Below, piece by piece: positions 45,982 to 56,102 of a stretch of DNA of 64,000 bases; within the stretch, counting starts at the first letter, position 1; each line of letters opens with the position of its first letter. A program made the position numbers and the translations under genes. The notes under the pieces are model-generated. The model saw only the letters and a program-made list of their open reading frames with translations, ran no database searches and was not told the DNA's origin. Source of the DNA: a bacterium (GTDB lineage: Bacteria > Electryoneota > RPQS01 > DYHQ01); assembly GCA_030622545.1 (NCBI GenBank), contig JAUXGA010000008.1, positions 2,321 through 66,320 on the forward strand, in the 5' to 3' direction.

Positions 45982-48900
45982 CTACCGCCACTCCCAGTGA
46001 AAGAAAAGATCAAAACCGGAATGCCCATGCGCTTCTCGCGTCCCCTGAAAACGCAGCCAAGGCAAGAGCTGATACTCCAAAATAACTTCCTGCCCCGTTT
46101 CCTCTTCTTCCATGGATTGAATAATACTGACGAAGAGATTATCGGTGACATACGTTCCCACCTCCAACTCGCCTTGAGTCAGTCCTCCCGACCCCGGACG
46201 ATACTCGAAAACTTCAAGCCCCAGCGCCTGACTGACAAGTCCACTGACGCCCGCCGAAAGTCCTGTCGCCGCCGTTTCTCCCAGTGTGGAACCCTCTTCC
46301 TCATGGGATGCGAGCGTGCTGCCGCCCGAAGCTCGCCGACCGAACATCAGATAGGAAACGATGTCTTCATAGGTAAGTTCACCGTCGGGATCCTGTCCCG
46401 ACAGCTCGATTTCAGGATGATTTTTCGTGCCCGTAAGCTTCAGAATGATTTCAACATCCCGGACACGTTTCAAATTTGCTTCAACGGCGGTGATGTCCAG
46501 ATTCGGATCCAGCGGGTCTCCGTCAAACGTGATTGTTCCTTCTTGGACTTTAAGCTTGCGTGTATAGAGATTCACTGTACCGCGAACAACACGAATCTGA
46601 CCATAGACCTGTTCGGCTTCATCCGGAGATTTGTACAGCCAGACATCCCCTTCCAGTTCGATGGAAATTCCGCCGCCATGCACCCAGCAGTTGCGCGGAA
46701 GGGTCACACGTAACGCCTGATCCATTTTCTCATAAATCAGCGTTCCCGGAACGCGGAACGCCGCTACCGTATCTCCGCGCAGCTTTGCCAGCTCGCTTTC
46801 CAGATCGATTTCCTCGATGTTCTTGGTTGTCGAAGACGTGATGCGATAACGCAATTCATCCAGCGTGATATTTCCGCGGGCGTTGAGTCCTAAAAGCGGT
46901 CCTTCCAACTCGATATCACCGCTGATTTTCGCGCGGATGTCGGGACGATTCAGGAGCTGGAATTTATCGAAGTCGGCGCAGAGGTTCACGCTTTTCGGCA
47001 TAGGAAACGCCATTCGGGCGTTGCCATGAGCTTGAGTTTTTCCGGACGCTCTAGCTTCCATGCGCTCGATAAAAAGTGAATCTCCCCGCCAGGCGCCGCG
47101 CAACTCGATTTTATCATACTGCATACCGTGGACAACGTCCTTGATCAAACCATCTTCAACAAGGAATTCTCCCCACCAGACCGGCTCTGACAGTGTCCCC
47201 GAGATATCCACTTCGGCGCCAGCCCATCCTCCAAGACTCACTCCCCAGGGCAGGTACGGTTGGAGCTTCGGAAGAGGCTGGCCATGAACTCGGAGATGCG
47301 CTGACATGGGTTTGTCTTTCGAAAATACCGCTCCGCTTTCATAGGAGAGCGACATCGGAAGCTCCCCACGAAAAGCGAAGAGCGTGTCGCCATGCCAAAG
47401 ATAAGCGCCCCGCGCCGTCAGTGAATTTCCTTTCAGCTTCCCTGTCGCAGTAAGTTTATCTATCCAATTATTTTCCGCCCATTGAAGACTCTCGGCAAGA
47501 ACTTCGAAATCCGCTTCCAGACTCTGTGCGTCACCCGAAAAGTGCAGTTGCGCCGAAACAATTCCGTTTGAAAACGGTGAGATTTGTCTGAGTCGCCCGA
47601 CAGGGAACTCGGTAAGCATCAGCGAAAAATCCTGCTCTCCTTCGATGGCCAACTTGCCTGCAGCGTAAAAAGCACTCGCACCCGAACTCAGCTTAAAGTC
47701 CGTTAACGATAATTCATTTTCGTTATAAACAAAACTTGCTGGCTTTTCCAATGACCAATTATCACCAAAAATATCCGATTCAAGAATTTGCACGTCACCC
47801 GCAAATTCTCGCGTATCTCGCTGACCGAAGACACCTTCCATCTGCATGCGCAGAGAATCTCCGTACATCGATGTTGACAACTTCATCGCCAAACTATCCG
47901 GTCGGCCTGCAAAGGATACGTGCAGACTGTCCACGGAATAATCCGAAAAGCGTCCGCCCTCCGCCTTGAGTTCTCCACGAGCGAAAAGAGGAGATAATCG
48001 AAATGTATTTATCGATACAGTCAAATTCTGAACAGTAGAAGAGTCGAACGTCAGGGAATGTGCTTTTATTTCCGCGCGTCCTTCCACATCCGAAAAACCG
48101 GTTGTATCTATGCGAAAATGAGCATCGGCGGAGACCTGCACGCTGCCCGTAATCGTGTCGGAGAATTCATCGGGCAGCGGTAGTTTTGAAATCACTTCAC
48201 TAGCATCTTGAATGTCTAATTCCGTATGAATTCGGATGGTGCTGTCAAGATAACCACTTCCGTGGGCGTAGATAGACGCGCCTTTGTAAGATGCCCAAAA
48301 ATGGGAAAGAGAAATTTTTTGATTCTGCCATTGCGCGCTCAGTGAAATCGTATCGGTTTCTATTTGTCGATAGACTGTAGGAGTCAGTTCGATGTCCACC
48401 GTTCCTTCGCTGCTCTCAGGCTGAAATCCTCGCACGTTTCCTCGGACGGAACCACTGAGCAGCGGAAAATCCTCGGGCATATCGGGAACAAACTCCTGCA
48501 CATGGATATTCTCCAGATTGAGCTTGCCTTTTAGATAGGGAATCGATGATTGAAAATCCCGGCTGCGAAACGTCATGTCAGCGTTACCGGCGGTTGTGTG
48601 AATCTTTCCCGTCCCAGAAAAATCGGCCAGTGTTCCTTCGATGTGAACATCTGCGCGTTGAATAGCATATTTATCGATGCTCGAATTGCGCAAGGACAAC
48701 TGCGCATCTATCGCGGCTGTTTCCCACGGCGGACCTTCTCCTCGGACAGCAAAGGAACCGCAAAGCCATCCCGGAGTCTGCGCGAAACGCTCCAAGCGCA
48801 ACCCGAAGAATCGGCCTTGTGCCCAGCCGGAAATTTTTTCTGCCGGAGGCCAAGCGATTCCCGCCGTCAATGCCGCCGCTCCCACATCCGGCCAATCAGC

Positions 48901-49674
48901 GGCAAGACGCACGTGCGCGGAATCTTTCACACTGTAAAACAGCGTCACCGAAACCGTATCATTCGAAGAATTACTTTCGATAAACGAGCGAAGATGATAA
49001 TCCGCCAATTGGATATTCACTGCGCCCGCACCGCGCACGCCATCCTCCAAAGGCCACGTTCCCCCGCCGTTCAAATGGAATCCACCTGCCTCAATTTCAA
49101 GCCGATGAACGATGAGTTCCTTTGGTTCATAATCAAAAGCCGAAACAAGATGTAGAGTGTCCGTCCGAAAAAGCACGCTGTCATCTCGAGATAACGTCAG
49201 CTCTTCACCGGAAATTTGCAGCCTACGAAGATGCATCCGCCATGGCTTCGCGATCGGCTCGGCTGGTTCTGTGGTTTGCTTTGCAGGGAAAATACTTTCG
49301 ATTGACGAGCAGCCGCTGCTGTCGAAATCAACCTCGGCTCGCAAACCCTCGACGATGAGCGAATCAAAATCCAGCGACTGATGCAGGAGCGAGAAAAGAT
49401 GCATCCGTCCCCGCACGCAAGCGGTTTGCGCGACCGGCTCGTCCTGAGCCTTCAAACTTAATCCCGCAATGCTGAAAACTCCGGACGGGCGCACTTGCAC
49501 TGTTTCTACTTCAATGCTGCCATTCCAATCCTGACTCATCGACGTCAATACATAACGCGCGATTCGTGTCTGCACCGCACTGGAATAGAGTACCAGCAGA
49601 ACGGCAACGACAAGAAGCCCCGCAATCACTCCGGGAATCAGAAGCCAGAGAAATATTTTTATTCGCTTAGACAT
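45982..49674 (-). CDS. tamB: Translocation and assembly module protein TamB (DUF490)
   Basis: This 1230-aa protein has an N-terminal anchor 'IFLWLLIPGVIAGLLVVAVLLVL' and a long beta-rich body. The C-terminal DUF490-like region reads '...ILKLTGTKNHPEIELSGQDPDGELTYEDIVSYLMFGR...'. Confidence 0.75.
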   Translation of the reverse strand: MSKRIKIFLWLLIPGVIAGLLVVAVLLVLYSSAVQTRIARYVLTSMSQDWNGSIEVETVQVRPSGVFSIAGLSLKAQDEPVAQTACVRGRMHLFSLLHQSLDFDSLIVEGLRAEVDFDSSGCSSIESIFPAKQTTEPAEPIAKPWRMHLRRLQISGEELTLSRDDSVLFRTDTLHLVSAFDYEPKELIVHRLEIEAGGFHLNGGGTWPLEDGVRGAGAVNIQLADYHLRSFIESNSSNDTVSVTLFYSVKDSAHVRLAADWPDVGAAALTAGIAWPPAEKISGWAQGRFFGLRLERFAQTPGWLCGSFAVRGEGPPWETAAIDAQLSLRNSSIDKYAIQRADVHIEGTLADFSGTGKIHTTAGNADMTFRSRDFQSSIPYLKGKLNLENIHVQEFVPDMPEDFPLLSGSVRGNVRGFQPESSEGTVDIELTPTVYRQIETDTISLSAQWQNQKISLSHFWASYKGASIYAHGSGYLDSTIRIHTELDIQDASEVISKLPLPDEFSDTITGSVQVSADAHFRIDTTGFSDVEGRAEIKAHSLTFDSSTVQNLTVSINTFRLSPLFARGELKAEGGRFSDYSVDSLHVSFAGRPDSLAMKLSTSMYGDSLRMQMEGVFGQRDTREFAGDVQILESDIFGDNWSLEKPASFVYNENELSLTDFKLSSGASAFYAAGKLAIEGEQDFSLMLTEFPVGRLRQISPFSNGIVSAQLHFSGDAQSLEADFEVLAESLQWAENNWIDKLTATGKLKGNSLTARGAYLWHGDTLFAFRGELPMSLSYESGAVFSKDKPMSAHLRVHGQPLPKLQPYLPWGVSLGGWAGAEVDISGTLSEPVWWGEFLVEDGLIKDVVHGMQYDKIELRGAWRGDSLFIERMEARASGKTQAHGNARMAFPMPKSVNLCADFDKFQLLNRPDIRAKISGDIELEGPLLGLNARGNITLDELRYRITSSTTKNIEEIDLESELAKLRGDTVAAFRVPGTLIYEKMDQALRVTLPRNCWVHGGGISIELEGDVWLYKSPDEAEQVYGQIRVVRGTVNLYTRKLKVQEGTITFDGDPLDPNLDITAVEANLKRVRDVEIILKLTGTKNHPEIELSGQDPDGELTYEDIVSYLMFGRRASGGSTLASHEEEGSTLGETAATGLSAGVSGLVSQALGLEVFEYRPGSGGLTQGELEVGTYVTDNLFVSIIQSMEEEETGQEVILEYQLLPWLRFQGTREAHGHSGFDLFFHWEWR

Positions 49675-49794
49675 TATCGGCTAAAAAACCGCGTCCTGTG
49701 TTTTCGTTTAGCTCCCCCACCGGGGACGGTGGGGGCTAGTACCTGTTATTTTTTTTACTCGGCAGGACGCTCCCGCGCCCTGCAACGGGTAGCA

Positions 49795-51630
49795 TTAGAA
49801 CGCTTCTCCAATCGAGAAATGCCAGTTCCATGTCGTATCGTCATACGGATTATCGCGAAGCTGCCATGCGAAATCCACTCGCAAAGGTCCGACGGGCGTC
49901 AAAATCCGAATGCCTAATCCTGCCGATGGCAATAAATCCCCCGGACGAATTTCAGAAGGCTCCTTCCAGATATACCCCGCATCACAGAAGCAAGCTATTC
50001 CCAGAGGCCCCCAGACATCGCGGCGCAGTTCGACAGCGGCTTCAAACGTCGCTTCGCCGCCAATCGGTGTTCCCGAATCCATACTGCTTCGCGGTGAGAG
50101 CATTCGGCGCGGCCAACCTCGCACGGACGCCGCGCCTCCCAGATAAAATCGATCCTCAATCGGCGTTTCCTTTTCTCCGTGAACGGGAATCATCATCCCG
50201 GTTTCGACCTTGCCCGCGAACACAGTCCAACGGGCGATGGGATGCGCAAATCTCCCGGAAAGAATTCCCCTCATCCACCGGAATTCCGTTTTCCAAAAAA
50301 GCCCCTGTTCAGAGAGTTCAATCCCTACAAGATGCCCTTTGGTCGGCAGCAGAGGGCTGTCGCGCGTGTCCCAGAAAAGCCGAACGGTTTCCACCGAACG
50401 CGGGTACTCCGACGGCGGCGCTTCCACCGTATCCTGCGTCCCATAACGCCGGACGTAACCTAAGTCATGAAGAAAACGCAAGGTGACCCGACGCAGCGGT
50501 TCAGCGGACATCATATTCGTAAACCCGATGGTTTCCAGACTGTATCCCTTTTCGATTTCCAATTGCCATTTCGGACCGATAACGATGTCTGTAGGATTAT
50601 AGGGGAAATGCGGCCAGAAGAGTCGCATCTCGGCCTTGCGGAGAATCGCAGATATTTTTCCGCGAGCTTGAAGACGTCTTCCTCTCCCGATGAAGTTGCG
50701 GTCGGTCCATTCTATCTGCCCTCGTGCCCGTTCTTCCGAATTATACCCGATGCCCGTACGCAGCCGGTAACGCCGTCCTTCCTGAAGTTGAATCCGTACG
50801 GGAAGAATAACTCCCGGTACACTGGTGTCAGCTTCTATCATCGTTGTGGAAAAAAGCTCCAACCGATAGATACGCCGCCGGGTCTCCACAAGTTTTTCCG
50901 GATTGAAACCGTCTCCCTCCTCATATTGGAATTCACGGCGAACAACCTCGCGGGAGACCCGCCGCAAACCGACAACTTCGGTGGGACCGAAAAAGCAATA
51001 CGGTCCGGGATACATCGTTAAATGCACATCGCCTCTGCGGGCGACGCTGTCAATCACGGTCTCGATATCAACGCATGCTTTCGCATGTCCGATTTTTTGA
51101 AGAACATAGAGGATGGTATCGCGCGACGCTTCGATCACTTCTTCCGAAAGGCGATGACCGATTTGAAGTGACAAGAAAGGCGCGAGTTTGGCGGAATCCG
51201 TCCCGATAGGCGCGTTCGTCCCCAGATGAAGAGTATAATGACGAAGGAGAAGCGGTTCTCCTTCTGTGATATGCACTTTCAGTTTCAGGCCGTTTCGCTG
51301 GTGAACAACCTCTCCTTCTATCGTCGCATCAAGGAATCCCTGACGGGCGTAGAAGCGTTCCAGACGAATGATGTCCGCCGCAAAATCATCCGCTAAAAAA
51401 AGAGGACGATGCCCAATCGGCGAGTAGCGGCGAATCCACGGAGGTTTATCGGTCGCCATACGCGCCAGTAATGTGGCCCGCCGAAAACTTGCAATGCCGG
51501 GAAACTCAATCACATTTATCGGTTGACCGTTGTAGCGCTGCCACAGCTCATAGTCGGACAGCTTCAATCCGCCCAGCAGTGAGCTACCGCAAGCAATAAA
51601 TCCAAGAATTATCGTCAGGGTTCGGCGCAT
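49795..51630 (-). CDS. Omp85/BamA-family outer-membrane protein (POTRA domains plus barrel)
   Basis: The protein has a signal peptide, POTRA-like repeats and a barrel ending '...WNWHFSIGEAF'. Confidence 0.7.
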   Translation of the reverse strand: MRRTLTIILGFIACGSSLLGGLKLSDYELWQRYNGQPINVIEFPGIASFRRATLLARMATDKPPWIRRYSPIGHRPLFLADDFAADIIRLERFYARQGFLDATIEGEVVHQRNGLKLKVHITEGEPLLLRHYTLHLGTNAPIGTDSAKLAPFLSLQIGHRLSEEVIEASRDTILYVLQKIGHAKACVDIETVIDSVARRGDVHLTMYPGPYCFFGPTEVVGLRRVSREVVRREFQYEEGDGFNPEKLVETRRRIYRLELFSTTMIEADTSVPGVILPVRIQLQEGRRYRLRTGIGYNSEERARGQIEWTDRNFIGRGRRLQARGKISAILRKAEMRLFWPHFPYNPTDIVIGPKWQLEIEKGYSLETIGFTNMMSAEPLRRVTLRFLHDLGYVRRYGTQDTVEAPPSEYPRSVETVRLFWDTRDSPLLPTKGHLVGIELSEQGLFWKTEFRWMRGILSGRFAHPIARWTVFAGKVETGMMIPVHGEKETPIEDRFYLGGAASVRGWPRRMLSPRSSMDSGTPIGGEATFEAAVELRRDVWGPLGIACFCDAGYIWKEPSEIRPGDLLPSAGLGIRILTPVGPLRVDFAWQLRDNPYDDTTWNWHFSIGEAF

Positions 51631-51748
51631 GGGAAACGCTTCATGGGCTTACAAGGAAATCAATTATCTTAATTTCGGGAAAAGGCGCATGAAAGTCAAG
51701 TGAGATTCAGGTGAGGAGGATCGGTGACGGAAGATATCGGAGAAGGAA

Positions 51749-53290
51749 TCAGGCGGGGCGCAGCCAGCGCTCTTGAGCGAAATCCTCGAGATGCTGCCGT
51801 ACAAAATGAATAATACGCTCATCTTCCGGGCTGGGTTCCTTTTCGAGCGCGGCCATCGCTGTATGGATACCCGCAATTCTTTTCTCTAATTGTGCTCGCG
51901 CAGGCTTATCTGTTGCGGCTATCTGAGTATCCACCGCTTTCACGATGTGCTTTTCCATATTGGCAGAGAATTTTTTGCACCACTGCGACCAACTCGCGGT
52001 GATAATTTTCAACGACTGGTCACGCGCCATTTCAACTCGATTCTGGCGGTCGTTTTGACCATTGGACGAGCGGCTGCGGATGGTTTTGACGAGTCGCTTG
52101 CGCCCCTTTTTCTGAGGAAAGAATTCTTTTTCGGTCAATGTTTTTTCCAACGTTGCCGTTAGATTGTCCGCTGTCCAGTGAGACGTGTTTTCCGCCAGCT
52201 CGAGTTTCGGCAATTCCAGCTTCACCGCCAGCGCTCCCAGTCCCGAAATAAGCTCTGTCAATCGCTCCAGCGAAAAATCTTCAAGCCGGGACCAAAGCTC
52301 TCCCAAAGCCAAAGTCTGTAGAAAAGTAGTGACCGTCGGTTCTTGCGACGACATCAGCTTCTTCGCAGCCTGAGTTTTCAAACGACGAGAAAGATGACCC
52401 TTGACCTGATTCGTAAAACCCGCGATCCAGTTCTTCTTATACTGTGCAAGGACTTTATGCGCATGATTTACACGTCCATTGCACTCGTTCAGTTCTTTTT
52501 CAACGACGTCTTTTTCCTCTTGGAGAGTGGTTCGGCATTGTTCGCGAAGCCATTCCCAGCCTCCTGCATATTGTACCGCCCGCTCGGCAGCGCTAATCTC
52601 GAGCAGAGTGCCTATCTCGGACTCCAGACGAGCCCGCTCTTCCTGTTCCTGTAGAGTCTCCCGTCTCACCTCCCATCGCTGCTGTCCGATTTCGCGCAGC
52701 AGGTTTAGGAGCGCTTCCGGTGTGTCGTCCAAAACAACCACAGTGGAAAGCTGCTGCGCGAGCAGACAAATTCCCTCGGCGCGCTCCCACAGCGCTTCAT
52801 GTTGCGACGGCTGCGGCACCCAGACAAATCTCCATTGCGAAGATGTCTGCGCTGGAAGCACACACCGCACCATCACACTATCACGAACGCCGGAACTCTT
52901 TTCAAGGAAAGTTTCCAACGCTGCCTCCGAAATCCGGCGATCGAATCCTTTGAAGCGCACCGACCAGCCTTTATGCAAACCTTTCTCGACTTCCCAGACA
53001 ACATTTGATGTTTGGGTTTTAGGAAAGGCAACCTGGAGCATCAGCGCCTTGGCCAAACGCTCGGCGAGTTCCACATCACCTCCAAAAAGCACGAACGCCG
53101 GAGCCGCTGACCGCTGCGCATGATAGCGTTCCAATCCCGGCAAATCGCAGCCCGCTTCCCGGCAACTTGCGAGGATTTCTTTGCTGTTGGCTGCTGCAGA
53201 AAAAGCCACCCGGTTTTTCGCATAGTTCAAAAAGCCGGACAGCCATTGCAGAGCAATCTGCGCTGACTCATAAAAAGGAGTTGATGTCAC
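51749..53290 (-). CDS. Hypothetical protein: alpha/beta N-domain plus long helical region (possibly a degenerate dynamin-like fold)
   Basis: This is a 513-aa ORF with no P-loop. The order of beta-strand-like segments ('FVLFGGDVELAERLAKAL', 'RFVWVPQPS', 'VVVLDDTPE') followed by helices is reminiscent of a G-domain plus stalk. That is inference only. Confidence 0.5.
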   Translation of the reverse strand: MTSTPFYESAQIALQWLSGFLNYAKNRVAFSAAANSKEILASCREAGCDLPGLERYHAQRSAAPAFVLFGGDVELAERLAKALMLQVAFPKTQTSNVVWEVEKGLHKGWSVRFKGFDRRISEAALETFLEKSSGVRDSVMVRCVLPAQTSSQWRFVWVPQPSQHEALWERAEGICLLAQQLSTVVVLDDTPEALLNLLREIGQQRWEVRRETLQEQEERARLESEIGTLLEISAAERAVQYAGGWEWLREQCRTTLQEEKDVVEKELNECNGRVNHAHKVLAQYKKNWIAGFTNQVKGHLSRRLKTQAAKKLMSSQEPTVTTFLQTLALGELWSRLEDFSLERLTELISGLGALAVKLELPKLELAENTSHWTADNLTATLEKTLTEKEFFPQKKGRKRLVKTIRSRSSNGQNDRQNRVEMARDQSLKIITASWSQWCKKFSANMEKHIVKAVDTQIAATDKPARAQLEKRIAGIHTAMAALEKEPSPEDERIIHFVRQHLEDFAQERWLRPA

Positions 53291-53353
53291 TATGTCTCGT
53301 TTCCCCTTCCTTAGGAGAACATTCCCGAATGAGAGAGATAATATTATTTATCT

Positions 53354-55828
53354 TTAAGGCATTGGAGGCGCCAGAGGTCCGTTCGTAATGAAATGGATTA
53401 GGAGCTGCAGGGCAATCCCAAATCCCACCAATACAAAAAGCCACAAGGTGCCTTTGCGACGTTCGCGATTGTATTGCTCGAATTGAATGGCAACCTCGGC
53501 TTTCAAGGTCGTGTGATGATCAACAAGCGCCTTCTCCATAAATTCGAATTTGCTTGTGACAAAATCGGTAAGTTCCCGTTGAATAACCACCAGTGTATTG
53601 TCCCGGAGTCGCTCGATATTCGAATGCAGCTCTTCCAGTGACGATGCGACCTCGCTGAGATTTCTTGCTGTGCGATCCGCTAGTTCAACCGTCTGGTCCG
53701 TCTGGTCCTTGAGCAAATCCGTTAAAGAATTCTGCGCCTCCTGCAGATTCTTTTTGACCGTTTGCAGAGTATCGTCGAGGGTTTCGGTGTTCTGCCGAAT
53801 ATCTCCGATGGAATGGAACTGACGCTCTAATTTCCGTTCCAGAAGCGGGAAGATTTTCTTGAGTGCTTCATGCTTGTTTTCGAGTTCAAGAAATTCGTCG
53901 TTGGTAACCTTCAGAATAGTCTTACAATCTGCGGAAATGGTATCCAAAGCAAGCTTGTCACTTTGATGGAGTGATTGCAGCAAACTTGCGTACCGTTCCA
54001 AGGACTGCGGAACCGTCGAAATCTGCTTTAGAAATTTGTCATATCCCCCATCGATAACTTTCTTCAGCTTCTCCTGCGTCTCTTTGTAGGAATGATCAAT
54101 AGCGTCCTTCAGCGTTCCGGGAGCTGACTTCTGCGCTGTATGAATTTTTTCCAAATCGCCGGACAAACGCTTAAACTCTTGATGCAGCTCTTGCGCTCTC
54201 TCCTGCTCTTCGCTGCGTAAATCAGTATGATTTGTCGAGAATTCGTCAAAGTGGTTCCGAAATTCTTCGTGCAGCCGCTCGAACTCCCCGTTCATTTCAC
54301 CGATGTTCCCGGTCCATTTTTCCTTCCATTCACCGGAAAAACGGCGCAGCTCATCAAGACTGCCGGAGATTTCTCCGATGGAAATCTCGAGCGCTTCGAC
54401 TCTCTCCTGCTGCGCTTGACCTTGCCCTGTTAAGTTCGTCGAAACCTCTTCAAGGTGACCATGCAATTCCTCCGGGAGATGAGCTATCTTTTCTGTGATG
54501 TCATCCAGTTTCCCGCCGAGCTTTTTCTCCCATTCACGTGAAAAATGCTGGAGGAGTTTTTCGATTTCCACACGTTCCGTTTCGAGATGTTCCGAAAAAG
54601 TGCCTTGAATCTCCTGAAGAACGGCCTCGACGCGTTCGGCATTCGCTGTGTTTTCGCTTTGAATCTGCCCTGTGACATCTGAGATGGTTTCTTGGGCGTT
54701 CGCAATCTGTTGCTGAATCTTGTCGAAGAAATCCACTTGACCGGCAGCGGACTCTTTCTTCTGTTCCAGAATGACTTCCGATAATGACTGCAAAACCGCC
54801 GCAGGCTTATCGCCGGTTTTCCGAATCCCTTCAAGGCGTTTTTCCAAACCGGCAAGAGACGAGGAAATCGCAGAAAGAGATTCTCGCGATTTTTTCTCAT
54901 GCGTCGCCGTTTCGTCCGACAGTTGTTCGACGGCGGATGTCAACACGCGCTGAAGTTCGGTCAAGCCTTCCCGACTGCGCCGTTGAAATTCCGTGAGTTT
55001 CGCAACCAAAGACTTCGCGTCCGCCGATGTTTCGGCAGATCCCTGTGATGCGGCGCCTCGCCCTTTCGCTCCACCTTTTTTCTTTTCGTCAGAGCCAGCG
55101 GCTTGGAGAGACGCGCTGAGAGGCTCCAGTACCGCCTCGATTTCTTCCCGTACTTTTGGCCCAATCGAACGGGCGACTTCGCGCAACACTTCCGAGAGAC
55201 GCTCAAGACGTTCGTCGTTGCTCTCGGCTAAACTCGTCAGACCCTCTTGAAGGACGGTGTGTATGCTCTCCGATTTCTCGTCGAAATTCCGGCGTGCAGC
55301 CTCAAGAAATTCCTGCAGCGCTGCGTTCCGTTCTTCCGAACCCGAAGACTCTCCTTCGGATTTGACATGCACAACTTTGCGCAGAGTCGCAAGCTGCTGC
55401 TCAACATTTTCGGTGGTCTCTCTGAGTGCTTCACGACTCGCCGCAGCCGATTCCTGAACGCTCTCAAATTCCCCCCGCAGAGAATTCTCCAGCTCCTCAT
55501 GCGTCTTGCGCAGGCTCTCAAGAACCTCCCCCGCATAGCCGTGCAACTGCTCGACATTTTGCGAAAGAAGCTGCTCGAAATCCTTGACGCCCGACAGCAA
55601 TCGCGTACCAGCGGGGGCAAAAACGTCCCTCAGGCGGTCGACTCCGCGCGAAATTTGCTCGAGGGTCTCTTGGCTTTGAGACAGCGACTCGAAGGCTTGG
55701 CGCACCTCCGTGATTTCCTCTCGAAACGCCGGAAGGAACTTCTCTTGCGTCAAATCATCCGTCAGGTTTTCGAGAAATGCGCGTAGGGGTTCTAACAATT
55801 CGTGGGTTTCAGGGTCTGTTGCCATCAT
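53354..55828 (-). CDS. Giant acidic coiled-coil protein with a single C-terminal TM helix (tail-anchored)
   Basis: ATG 55828 ('MMATDPETHELL') lies 5 nt after AAGAGGAG. About 780 aa are E/L/Q/K-rich helix with an internal ~66-aa duplication ('EWEKKLGGKL...' / 'EWKEKWTGNI...'). The end is 'LWLFVLVGFGIALQLLIHFI'. Confidence 0.65.
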   Translation of the reverse strand: MMATDPETHELLEPLRAFLENLTDDLTQEKFLPAFREEITEVRQAFESLSQSQETLEQISRGVDRLRDVFAPAGTRLLSGVKDFEQLLSQNVEQLHGYAGEVLESLRKTHEELENSLRGEFESVQESAAASREALRETTENVEQQLATLRKVVHVKSEGESSGSEERNAALQEFLEAARRNFDEKSESIHTVLQEGLTSLAESNDERLERLSEVLREVARSIGPKVREEIEAVLEPLSASLQAAGSDEKKKGGAKGRGAASQGSAETSADAKSLVAKLTEFQRRSREGLTELQRVLTSAVEQLSDETATHEKKSRESLSAISSSLAGLEKRLEGIRKTGDKPAAVLQSLSEVILEQKKESAAGQVDFFDKIQQQIANAQETISDVTGQIQSENTANAERVEAVLQEIQGTFSEHLETERVEIEKLLQHFSREWEKKLGGKLDDITEKIAHLPEELHGHLEEVSTNLTGQGQAQQERVEALEISIGEISGSLDELRRFSGEWKEKWTGNIGEMNGEFERLHEEFRNHFDEFSTNHTDLRSEEQERAQELHQEFKRLSGDLEKIHTAQKSAPGTLKDAIDHSYKETQEKLKKVIDGGYDKFLKQISTVPQSLERYASLLQSLHQSDKLALDTISADCKTILKVTNDEFLELENKHEALKKIFPLLERKLERQFHSIGDIRQNTETLDDTLQTVKKNLQEAQNSLTDLLKDQTDQTVELADRTARNLSEVASSLEELHSNIERLRDNTLVVIQRELTDFVTSKFEFMEKALVDHHTTLKAEVAIQFEQYNRERRKGTLWLFVLVGFGIALQLLIHFITNGPLAPPMP

Positions 55829-56008
55829 ACTCCTCTTAGATTCATCACGTTGCATACTGCAATCATGGGGCCAGCGCAAAAAAGAGGACTTTACACGTTG
55901 CTTTGCAGATTCAATTCGCCATATCATTCCGCATAACAACTGTTCGTAATTATGATGGTTGGAAATAAGGCGAACGCACCGACATTGTTTCCCTCAGAAT
56001 AAAAAAAT

Positions 56009-56036
56009 CCGGTAGCGCCGCACGGCAGTGCGCTTG
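56009..56036. repeat. Solo terminal repeat of the MITE-like family
   Basis: 'ccggtagcgccgcacggcagtgcgcttga' matches the left end of copy 2 ('tctggtagtgccgcacggcagtgcgcttga'). Both are preceded by an A-run. Confidence 0.6.
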
Positions 56037-56102
56037 ATTCGGCTGTAAGCAACCAACAACGCAAGGAATATACTGAGCAGAGAAAGGAAATTTGTCTTGC
56101 GC

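Noticed and set aside
45940-46713. A 257-aa plus-strand ORF lies opposite tamB, with similar ORFs at 48550-49155 and 49830-50486.
   Set aside because: These are antisense shadows of long GC-rich genes. They have no domains and implausible composition.
49710-49758. A GC-rich hairpin (cccccacc/ggtggggg) between the Omp85 gene and tamB, followed by a T-run on the plus strand.
   Set aside because: The orientation is wrong for terminating the minus-strand genes and no plus-strand gene ends there. It is most likely an intercistronic structure of unclear meaning.
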